Translations under genes and position numbers: made by a program | Shown: positions 1-10,600 of the stretch, piece by piece | Numbering within the stretch: the stretch's first letter is position 1 | How the letters are laid out: every line of letters begins with the position of its first letter | Notes under the pieces: model-generated | Told to the model about the DNA's origin: nothing | Databases searched by the model: none | What the model saw: the letters and a program-made list of their open reading frames with translations, nothing else | Source: Callorhinchus milii | Lineage: Eukaryota | Assembly (NCBI RefSeq): GCF_018977255.1 | Contig: NW_024705520.1 | Span: 1 to 37,389, forward strand | Direction of reading: 5' to 3' | DNA length: 37,389 bases

Positions 1-59
1 CATTCGCTCTCACTCGCTCTCACACACATTGAACCCACAGACACACACACACACAGAAA

Positions 60-700
60 CCCAGACACCGAGCCAGGCAACACTGTGTGTGTTTGTGTGA
101 TAGCTCGGCTCGGTGTCTGTGTGTGTGTGAGAAAGAGGAGAGAGAGAGGGTGAGAGAGACTGACAGAGAGTGAGAGTGTGTGTCTGTGTGTGTGTATGTG
201 TGTGTGTCTGTGTATGTCAGTGTGTGTGTCTGTGTATGTCTGTGTGTGTGTGTCTGTGTATGTCAGTGTATGTCTGTGTGTGTGTGTGTCTGTGTATGTC
301 AGTGTGTGTGTCTGTGTCTGTGTATGTCAGTGTGTGTGTGTGTGTATGTCTGTGTGTGTGTCTGTGTGTCAGTGTGTGTTGGGAGAGAGGTGAGAGACTG
401 ACAGTGAGAATGTGTGTGTCAGTTCTGTGTGTGTGTCTTTGTGTGATAGACTGTCTCTGTGTGTGTGTGTGTGTGTACCTGTGTGTGTGTTTGTCAGCCT
501 GGCTCAGCGTGCGTGTGTGTGCGTATGTTAGTCTGTGTGTGGTGTGTGTCTAAGTTGTCTGTGTGTGTCCGTGTATGTGTGTGTCAGTCTGTGGTGTGTG
601 TGTCTTAGTGTGTCTGTGTGTGGTATGTCTGTTTGTGTGTGTTTCAGCTCAGGTGTGGAGAGAGATGACAGAGAGTGAGAGTGTGTGTTTGTGTGTCTAT
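60..700. repeat. (TG)n-rich low-complexity tract
   Basis: Degenerate TG/TGTC repeats. Confidence 0.9.
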
Positions 701-732
701 GTCCTCTCCTCTCCTCTGTCACCAACACTGAC

Positions 733-750
733 CGTCGTCTCCGCCGCCAT
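733..750 (-). CDS. Putative first coding exon (MAAETT) of an unidentified minus-strand gene, copy 1
   Basis: Minus strand reads GTGGTG ATG GCG GCG GAG ACG ACG|GTCAGT: good Kozak context and a splice donor, inside a CpG-rich patch. Confidence 0.5.
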
Positions 751-960
751 CACCACCTCCCGCGGTCCCGCCTCGCGCTCAGACAGACAGGCGCCGCGCC
801 CCGAAACACCGTCAGGCCCCGCGCCCGGAGACGCACTGCGCAGGCGCCGAGTTCAAAAAAATACCGTTGGCCTTGCGCTCAGGGACACCACTGCGCAGGC
901 GCCGAGTCAGAGGGAAACAGAGGCGCCAAAGTCAGGCGCTGCTCTTCATCAGTCGACGAG
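751..960 (-). promoter_or_regulatory. CpG-rich promoter/5'UTR with NRF1-like TGCGCAGGCGC motifs (837-847, 892-902)
   Basis: High CpG density against a CpG-poor background. Repeated motif resembles the NRF1 consensus. Confidence 0.55.
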
Positions 961-996
961 AGACACAGAGAGAGAGACAGACAACAGTGCGGCTAT

Positions 997-1398
997 GTCA
1001 CCCCCACCCCCAACCCCCAGTCACCCCCACCACCCCAGTCACCCCCACCCCCCAGTCACCCACCCCCACCCCCCCCCCCCCCCCACCCCCCCCCCCCCCC
1101 CCCCCCAGTCCCCCCACCCCCCAGTCACCCCCCCCCCAGTCACCCCCCCCCCCAGTCACCCCCCACCCCCAGTCACCCCCACCCCAGTCACCCCACCACC
1201 CCCAGTCACCCCACCCCCAGTCCCCCACCCCCAGTCACCCCCCCCCCAGTCACCCCCACCCCCAGTCCACCCCCACCCCCCCCAGTCACCCCCAACCCCC
1301 CCAGTCACCCCCCCCCCAGTCACCCACCCCCCCAGTCACCCCCCCCCAGTCACCCCCCCCCCAGTCACCCCACCCCCAGTCACCCCCAACCCCAGTCA
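997..1398. repeat. C-rich minisatellite (CCCCAGTCACCC plus variable C runs)
   Basis: About 20 copies of CAGTCAC separated by C-runs. Confidence 0.92.
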
Positions 1399-1469
1399 CA
1401 CACACAGACAGTGAGGAGCCAATGTCAACACCTGAGGGAGCATAACATTTAATATGACTGATGGAATAT

Positions 1470-1857
1470 ATAATAATACTAATCCTTGTATTTGATATTG
1501 TGCCTCATCACATCTTCGGAACATCTCAAACTGTTTCACAGAATATACTGTTAAGTAAATTGACAGTATTTGTGGGCGAAACGCTGCAGCCAACTATACA
1601 AATCGACGTCCCACAAACATTCGTGGATTGATTGAGTAAATTATTATCAGAATATATTTAGGTGGAAAGGAAAAATAACCCCGGAAAGTGATCCAGCAAT
1701 TGACTAACTAATGCCTTCCGATTTATTGCCAGGTAAACAGGGCCACGCTTGTCAAGTAAGGAAATTTGCCTATGGTATCGCCCTCACCAGCCCGGGAATC
1801 GAATCCATGTGGTCAAACTTACGAGGCACTCGCTCTAACCACTGAGCTGTAGGACTC
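1470..1857 (-). mobile_element. tRNA-headed Deu-type SINE, degenerate
   Basis: Reverse complement of GAGTCCTACAGCTCAGTGGTTAGAGCG at the right end. GGCTGCAGCGTTTCGCCCACAAATACTG core. Similar to 24126-24455. Confidence 0.75.
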
Positions 1858-2217
1858 GAGGAAAAGTGCGAGTTGCAGGAAAACTGTACAAGTTGTAAAA
1901 AATCAGATTGTCTGAATAATCTACACCGCGAACGTGTAATTTAATACAGCCAATAAGTGCCCACACAGTGATGCGTTAAGAGTACATTTCCCCCGATTCA
2001 ATGCATGTTGGACTGTCACCACATGCACATTGAAAGCCAAGCGCTGGTATGGCACTGAATCGCGGGTTTGTTGTGGCTTCTAGTTTTCCCATCAGCATAA
2101 ATGCGAAGAAGAAATATCTTGTGGAAACAGTTCATGACGATCTCGCTTGTGGTCAGCTTTTGAGGAAGAAAGAAACCAGTAAAAACCTGAATATCTAAAG
2201 GTTAGCCTTTACAGCAA

Positions 2218-2575
2218 CAACAAGAAAATTACACTTGTAAGTTGCCTTTCACGTTCAGAGGATGCCACAGGGTACTGGATAATCAGTGTTTCGGACCCGA
2301 GCTGAGGGTTGGGATGGTGGAGGTTGGATCAAAAGCAATGGTGAAGAATAGGGTCTTGAGATGGCACATATCAGAACCTGGATGAGTGTAAACTCCTCGC
2401 AGCTTAATGTAGTCAATCCAGAAGCCATACTCTGTGGCTCCCATCTATGTTTTCACTTCTGTGGATCTGAAGCCTTCAACCACACTGGGCCCTCCCTGAG
2501 ACACGACAAACCAATGCGCAACTTAGGCATCCGGTTCGAACCCCAGCTGTCCTCCCTTCCTCAAATCCAGTCACT
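2218..2575. mobile_element. L2-type LINE remnants (3' tail on -, RT C-terminal fragment on +)
   Basis: IRTWMSVNSSQLN..NPEAIL and MRNLGIRFEPQLS motifs. Reversed tail at about 2218-2350. Confidence 0.65.
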
Positions 2576-2635
2576 AACAGAGAGACACGCAGACAGATAG
2601 ACACACAGACAGACAGAAAGAGAGAAAGACAAACA

Positions 2636-3016
2636 GTGGCTCCTCTGGCTCCGGTCTGCTTCACATCCCCCGCCCCAATCGCCCTACCATTGGTGGTCGG
2701 GCCTTCAGCCTCTCAGCCCCGAGGCTCTGGAACTCTATCCCCAGTGCCTTCACCGCTTCCTCCCTTTCCTCATTCAAGGCCGGTCTCAAGACCTTTCTCT
2801 TTGACCTTCAGCCTTCAGCTCCCCTCTCGACTCTCTACCCCCTCCTCGCTCCCTCTCTTCCCTCCCCTCACCCTGACCATTTCCCCTCTCCTCGCTCCCT
2901 CCCTTCCCTCCCCTTGACCATTTCTCTCCTACTGGGGTCCTGACCCAACTGTCCAGCGCCTTGGGACGTCCTCCCGATGCGAAAGGCGCTCTATAAATGA
3001 AATATTGTTGTTGTTG
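2636..3016 (+). mobile_element. L2-type LINE 3' end
   Basis: [19 protein letters not shown] sequence. Tail CAGCGCCTTGGGACGTCCTCCCGATGCGAAAGGCGCTCTATAAATG followed by (TTG)n. Confidence 0.88.
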
Positions 3017-3159
3017 TGAGAAGTCATTGTCAGCCACTTGTAACCAGCTACAGACAGATGGGCAGACAGACAGATGGACGGACAGACAGACAGACAGACA
3101 GTCCCTCTCCCCCTTTTTCGATTGCTGTCTGAAAAGCTTCCTCTGACCATCACCACCTC

Positions 3160-3430
3160 AGAGTCGACTTCATCTCAAAGCTTGAAATCACCTCCTCCGC
3201 CAACTTCCCCCCTTCCCCCCCACACCCTCACCCATCTCTGTCACGGCTACTAACACTGCCCTGTTCTCCATTACCCTTATTTCTGCCCTTCCCTCTCAAA
3301 TGTCATCTCCCAGCTGTTGGTCACTCAACAACCCCTCCTCACCCCTCTACTGGCCAACACGATCAAGCAGTCTCTCTCTCCCGGCTCTGTTCCTCATCCA
3401 TTAAATTCACCAGTTATTAATGAACTCCTC
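3160..3430 (+). mobile_element. L2-type LINE ORF2 fragment just upstream of the RT domain
   Basis: DFISKLE...QLLVTQQPLLTPLLANTIKQSLSPGSVPHPLNSPVI. Confidence 0.7.
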
Positions 3431-3534
3431 GTCATCATCATTATTATTATTATTTTAACGGAAAATTTCCCCACGAAACACCAAACCGCCAATTAACTAA
3501 CATAGATGTTCTGGCTGACTTCTCGGTAAACATC

Positions 3535-3730
3535 GGGAGGGGCCCAAGCGGAGGGATTGAGGGAGAGAGTTCCAGAGTTTCAGGGCTTAGTGGCTGAAAA
3601 GGCACAAGGGATGAGCAGGAGGCCGGAGCCGGTTGAGCGGAGGCATTGCCCGGGTGGTAGATTGGGGACTGAGGAGGTCGGAGAGGTAGGTTAGGGCGGT
3701 GGTAGGAAGTAAAGTGATTTGAAGACGGGT
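3535..3730 (-). mobile_element. L2-type LINE 3' fragment, degenerate
   Basis: Reverse complement resembles the YLSDLL...RSLRS...LWNSLP region. Confidence 0.55.
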
Positions 3731-4223
3731 GTGAGTAATCAACACACTTCAAGACTCCACAACAAACCGAGCTCCATTTCTGTCTGTTCTGCTGGACGTT
3801 AAAGATCTCGCAGCACAATTTGAGAAAGAGACGGATATTTCTCTCCCTGATTTCCCGGCTGACAAAACAATCCCCCAAATAACATTGGCCGGTCACTACA
3901 TGATTGTTTGCTGGTTGTGTGGAGATTGGCTGCACATTCACCAAATCCCGACAGTCACTGTACAGAAATGCAGAGTTTTGAGCTCCGTTACAGGTTCTGT
4001 ATCAAATACACGGCTTGTTGTTATTCTTCCCGTTTCTCGGCCCAGGAATATCAGTGGCTCCAACAGTCATGACCATCGTGAAATGCAGAGAGAATAGTTA
4101 CTCCTGTGAGGGTGATGATGAATGTACAAGTCTTTCTCGTGGTCTCCTGGGATCACAGTCACAATCAGCTGATTTCACAAGAAGAGACTAAAGGAGACGG
4201 TTTGACAGCCCAGTGACTGGGAG

Positions 4224-4272
4224 CCGCCCACACACTCACACTGAAACTGAAACCAGTTTGAATCAGGAAGTG
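4224..4272 (+). promoter_or_regulatory. TRIM proximal promoter: GC box (4224-4229), ISRE GAAACTGAAAC (4243-4253), ETS CAGGAAGTG (4264-4272)
   Basis: Exact GAAANNGAAA match about 30 nt upstream of the ATG of a gene from a commonly interferon-induced family. Confidence 0.65.
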
Positions 4273-4284
4273 CTGAGGGGGAAA

Positions 4285-4695
4285 ATGGCTTCTGGGCTCC
4301 AGACTGAGAGCTGGACCGAGGAGATCACTTGCCCGATTTGTCTGGATTTCTTCACTGATCCTGTTAGCCTGGACTGTGGCCACAACTTCTGTCGCTCCTG
4401 TATCACCCTGAGCTGGGAAAAGCAGGAGACAAACCGCTGTGCTGTTTGTCAGGAGACTTTTCCAGAAAAGAGCCTCAGGGTTAATCGGGCCCTGGCGAGT
4501 CTAGCAGAGAAAGCTCGGAAATTCAGCCTGACCCCGACACAGACGGAAATTAAACTTCACTGTGAGAAACACAGGGAGGAATTGAAGCTGTTCTGTGAAT
4601 CTGACCAGAAATTGCTGTGTGTAGTTTGCAGTCATGGACAGGAACACAGGGATCACAGATTCCTGCCCATTGATGAAGCTGTTGAAATCTACAAG
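4285..4695 (+). CDS. TRIM coding exon 1: C3HC4 RING + B-box type 2 (TRIM35/39/69/NF7/A33-like)
   Basis: AAAATGG start. [39 protein letters not shown]...CAVC (RING) and [32 protein letters not shown] (B-box2). Donor AAG|gtaac. Confidence 0.96.
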
Positions 4696-7600
4696 GTAAC
4701 AGCAACATCACGAGGGAGTAAATCTATTCCACTGGATGATTCCAAGTACAAACACTGTTGTGTTGTGTGTTTATTCCAGGAACAAGTGAAATCCTCCTCA
4801 GCTTCTCTCACACAGAGGAAGGAAACTGCTCTTCAAGCTGAAGCCAAACAGAAACAAAATATTTCACAACTTAAGGTAAGTTTTATTGGGCTGATTTCTG
4901 GACAATCAGATTGTCTCTATTTATGGTGTATAAAGGGTGTGAGGTCTCAGTGTGTCTCTCTTTACTGTGTGTACATGGTGCGATGTCTCTCTTTACTGTG
5001 TATACACGGTGTGATGTCTGACATTTTGCAGGAACAGGCGAGCAGTCTGCAGACCCAAGTCAAAGACGATTTTGCTAAAATACACCAGATCCTGACTGAC
5101 AGAGAGCAGCGGGTGATGATAGATCTCAGACAGCGAGAGGAGGAGATTTTACAACGGATGGAGACAAACCTGCGAGAGATTCAGAGCAATTTAGATTCAG
5201 TTCAACAAGAAATCTCAGAGTTACAGACACAGTTGGAAAAAGACGGGCCGATCTTTTTGCAGGTGAAGAGATTACATTATAATTGAGCTCCTTATCAGTT
5301 GCACACAGTCTGGAGCAAAACATCTAATACTGATTGATAAAGAGATAAGAGATTGAATTGCTAATTTAGTATATCGTAGTGTGTCAGCAGGTCTGACTTT
5401 ATGTCTCTAGCTATAAACTTACACAATTAACACTTTATGGTGGCTGTGTATCTGAATCCTCTTACCTTTGGAAATCACTTTGAGTGAATAACTTTGCTGT
5501 AATAATGACAGTCAACTATGTGCTGTAAAATTCTGTTCTGTGTGTCTGAGTTTACAATGATGTGTCTTAAAAATTACATGTGTACAGCGTCTTTCATGCC
5601 CAATGCCTTGGGAATGCCTGACGTGAAAGGTGCTGTACACATGTAAACTTTTGTTGTTATTCTTGGTGTCTCAGTGTGAGCTCACTTCTGTCTGTGTTTG
5701 ATTTCATCAGGAGGAAGCTGCTCGGAAGAAAAGGTATGAAATGATCTTTACCAAATATCCCAGAATTTAATACACAAACAAACACAATGTGCGGTTTCAC
5801 TTTATAATGAAAAACAGCTGTCATCAACCTCTCTCCTAATAAAAACTTTCATGGACCCATCCCTGCTCACTAACTGCCACCCATCTCAAACCTCCCTTTC
5901 CTTTAAGGTCCTTGAAAGAGTTATAACTTCTTAGCTTCACTCCGTCCACATATGTCTCTCCCGTCATGAACCCCTCAATCGGGTTTCCTGCCCACAGCAC
6001 GAAACAGCCTTCAACAATGTGACAAATGACACTCTGTCCATCTGTGATCAGAGCTCCCTCTGTCTTCTCCCCCCTCCTGGATCTCTGCTCCCTTTGACAC
6101 TCTATCCTCCTCCAATACTTCTCCTCTCATCTAAGCCATCAAAGTTGTTTCCTTGATTGGTTCACATCATATCTCTCACACCCAGTTCCATTTTGTCTCC
6201 GCAAATCTCTTTCCTCGCCGTCTCGTGTCCTGAACCTCAAGGCTCTGTCCTCGGTCCTCTCTTCTTTAACCTGTACATGCCATCTCTTGGTGACATCATC
6301 CTCAGACAACTTCCATATGTGCACACATGACCCTCAGATTCATCTCTCTCTGCCTCCAACATGAACCCTATGACCACTGCTGGCCTGACAGAATGTTTGT
6401 CAAATATCAAGTCCTGAATAAGTGCCAACTTTCTGCAGGTGAATACCAGCAAGACTGAAGCTCACGCCAGCACCTCCCAACTCAGGCCCTGGCAGCATCA
6501 GTACCAATGGATGCATAAACCACCTCACCAAGCCAGTCAGGAACCCAGGTCCCTTGTTCGATCCTCAACTGTCCTTTATCCCCCACCACCATGCCATAAT
6601 CCGCTCTGTCTTCCACCACCTCGGCAACATTACATGACTCCATCACTGTCTTACCTCTTCATTACATCCAGACTCGAATATGCCAAAGCCATGTTTCTTG
6701 GCCTCCCAAACTCTTACCTCCACAAGTTGCAGTTATCCAGAACTCTGCAGCTCTTATCCTCCTTCACTAGGCTCCGTGATACCATCTCCTACAGCCTCGC
6801 TCGGCTCCACTGGATCCCCACCCCTCAGATAGTTCGAATTCAAGATAATTGTTCTCAATTTCAAAGCCTTCCACGGCCTTACTCCCTCTTACCTCTCTGT
6901 CCAGCAAAGCACGTATCAACCTATCCATTCCCTCCATTCTGCCACCTCCTACCTATCTCCAGCCCGATCTGCCCTACCATTAGCGGCTAGAATTCCAGCT
7001 TCTCTGATCACAACATTTGGACCCGGCACCTTGGGACTTCCTTGCCACGTGGAAACCTACTGTATATAGATGTCAATGTCTATTGTACGGCTGCACTATA
7101 TTCACTGTGTTTGTGTCTCTGTGTGCAGGCAGGAAGAAAATAATGTGGGAGATGGTGGACTGAAACGACTGAGTGAGGCTCTGACGAACCCGAAGTTCAA
7201 AAANCAGGTTCTGGAGTGAGTAACACACTGTGGAATTTAATTACGTGGGAAAAAATCACATCGATGTCCTACAGTGGCCATAAATACACACAACATGGCC
7301 TCTGACAGGTCATAGTCAGGGTTGGTATCTTCTCTCACCACCTCACTCTCACATAAAGATCCCCTCTGTTTACCACAGTACTCAGTGCTCACAGACATAG
7401 CCCAGATCTAGAGACACTGAAAGGATATCCACACAGGAGCCCTGCCCTCACCATGTGGCCAGGCCTCAGGCCATACTGACTGTAGCCCCAGAGTGAGAGG
7501 CCCGGGGGACAGATAATCTCAAACTTGATACCCACCCACACACTCTCCCTTGTCAACCCACAGCACTGCCAACACGGAGAATCTGGTGTCCATCATTCGG

Positions 7601-10600
7601 AGGAGTAGAATCCCTCCAGCCACTCGCTGATTGATCATGTTACATGCACACTCACTCTCTCGGCCTGTGATGCTGACAGACTGTGTTGCGGCTCCTCATG
7701 GCCTAAACAGCCACCCATGGCATCAGCTGGTCTCACTGCCCTGTCCTCATACCCAGGCCACTTACACTGTTATACTGGGCTCTGGATTTCCGTCGTGGGG
7801 AAGGCGGGTATACTGCGCCCTGAGGACTTTCAGGGCAGAGGCAGCTATGAGGGGGGCTTTCAGTTGGGCTGTGAGGGAGAGCTCAGTCTGGGTACTCGGG
7901 GAGGACCTGCTGCCATGAGATCAGGACACAGGAAGCCTGTGGCCTAGTGACGTAGGCTGGAGAAGACTTGCCTGTGAGTGCGGAGAGTGAGTGCTGTGGT
8001 GCCTGAGCTGGTGGAACGAGAATAGGAGAGAAGCCGAGAGGTGGTAGGAGCCAACCCAGGCACACTGGGGTGTGTGCATGGGAGGAAGTGGTGTTTACCA
8101 TCTTTACCATCCTGCTCGCTCCATCCACTCGGTGTGCACTGGGCTGCTACACGTCCCCGCCCTGCCCGCTCCACCATCAACTCTTCTGCATTCAGTCTTT
8201 CCATCACCACCCTGTGGAACTCAATCCTGGAGAACCGCTATCTCTCCTCCTCTTTTGCCTCCTTCAATGCCCATCTCAACACCTTCCCCTTTGACACTGC
8301 CTTCAGTTATCCTCCTACCCCAATCCCTTGCACTCCATCTCTGATCCCAACCCCCAGATCAGGTACAAACCCTCATTGCCTTGGTACGTCTTCCTGACAG
8401 GAAAGTCCCGAAAGTTGCGATTTGATTTTGTTGCCGCAGAGACTGGGGAACTCGAACCTTCCAACCCCGTCCCTGTAAAGCTCTGAGACATCACCCTGCA
8501 AGAAATTAATATAAATGTTAGATGTTTACTTTGATCTTCCACAACTTAGGAAGGATGCCTGTGTGTGTGTCTGACTGTGTGTGGGCATATGCGAGTGTGC
8601 CTGACACTGGGTCCAGCGCCTTGGGACTTGCTCCCCACGTGAAAGGCTCCTGTATATACATGTCAATGTGTTTGTGTCTCCGTGTCCAGGCTGCAGGACC
8701 ATAATCTGGGAGATTGTGGAGTGAAGCAACTGTGTGAGGATCTGATGAACCTGGAGTGTAAAATACCGAATCTATGGTAAGTAACACACTGTGGACTTGG
8801 TGTCAGTAATTGGCTCTAAACACAGATTATTATATCCTGAGCAGCTGTGGACAATATTAGTTCTAAAAGTTCCTGAAAGCTACAAGGTCAGGCTCAGCGG
8901 CAGCGTTAACGACAAGACACTGGGAGCAGAGATTCTTCCCACTCACTTGCTGCTGACCCTGTGGGCCACAGTATTTACAGGTTGGTGGGTGTCCTATCCA
9001 GAAACGGGGGACCTTACACAGCTTTAGCTGATTAAACTGCAGCAGCACCTATAATAATAATAATAATTGAATTTGATATAGTGTTTTTCACGTTTTCTAG
9101 ACGTCTCAAAGCGCTTCACGGAAAATACTCTAAAGTCAATTGACTGCATTTTTGTGGGCGAATCTCGGCAGCAAATTGTGCACAGCAAAGACCCACAAAC
9201 CCAATGTATTATTGTTTTTTTTTTAGGGATTTTTGTCAGGCATGTGGAGTAAGGGATACACTTGCCCAAGGTTTCTCCCTGCTGGGATTTGAACTCAGGT
9301 CTCTCGCTTGTGAGACCAGGTATTAGTTGCGCATTTGCGTATTTGTTACTATTTGACTGCCATCAACACAAAATGCCAGGGAACGTTTTGCCCATTGAAA
9401 AATACATTGACGACGGCTATCACAACACAAGCAGCTTTCTCAGTGCAATATTTTGTTTTCAGTAGTTGGCAACAAATCGCTATATATCGATCAAAATTAA
9501 GAGTCACAGTGAACCAGACTGAAGGTGCCTACACTCCAACCCCCCACCCACGTCCAACACACACTGTGTGGTCACTGAACCTCCAATTGCACCAAACTGC
9601 ACCCAATCCTGCAATCCTGAATGTGAGTGTCTGTTCCACGTACAGCAACATTTTAATGTGAAGGTGGAAAAATATCAGCCCCGGCCCTTTCCTCCTGTCC
9701 CACACAATCCATCCCATCCACAGTCTCTCATGGTAGTCAGCGTTGTATTCACTTTAATCCCTTTTATGGCTCCGTGTCTCTCATCTCCAGGCTGTGTAAT
9801 AAATAATAATACGCACTGTGTTTACTCTGATCCCTGTTATGTTTCTTTGTCTGTGATTGTCAGGCTGAGCGACATCGATCTGACAACTGATAGCACCGAG
9901 GACCTGTCCTCCGATCTCAAATAAACCACAACTGACGGATCTGTACCTGAGTGATAATAATCTGGGAGATCGTGGAGTGAAGCGACTGTGTGAGGCTCTG
10001 AGGAACCCGGAGTGTAAAATACAGAGTCTGTGGTAAGTAACGCACTGTGTCTCCAGAGTCTGAATGACTCCAATATCTCAATGTGTTTATTGTGACTGTC
10101 TGATCAGTGCGGCTGAATATTGTGACAGGAATCGGTGTGACAGTGTGAGGCCACAAGCCATCGTTTACATCAAACTCTCAATTTTTGTTAATAAGAAACC
10201 ATGTGCTGGAAACCCCATCTCTAGTGACATGTGGACAGTCACAGCTCCGACCCCTAAACTGGCTCCAAGCCCCAAACCCGCTCCCATTGTATCTAATCCC
10301 GAAGCTCCGGCCTGGTCCCGTCAATCCCTCCACACACTGTTGGTTTGTAGTTCTCTCCTATTGTCAGCCGAGTGTCTAACACACGCACAGACCTGTCCTC
10401 AGGCTTCAAACTCTCCAAACCAACCTCCTGACAGTTCCACATCTGACTGGAGACTTGTGTGTGTGGAGTGGAGGCCATTCTCTGGAGGACAGGGAAAGCT
10501 TTCGATCCGCTGGGAGACTTTTAAGATAAATTGTGGGTGAATCTAAAAGCAGTCTCACTGGGACGTCGGAGCAGTGTAGAACTGAGTGTGTTTGTTTGTG

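Noticed and set aside
563..1452. Proline-rich extensin-like ORFs
   Set aside because: Translation of the C-rich minisatellite, open in all three frames.
3460..3473. NF-kB-like site GGAAAATTTCCCC
   Set aside because: Imperfect spacing, lies among repeat remnants, and has no other support.
4213..5286. 357-aa single-exon TRIM ORF as listed in the track
   Set aside because: It reads through two canonical introns and starts at a GTG. The real start is ATG 4285 and the exon sizes match spliced TRIMs.
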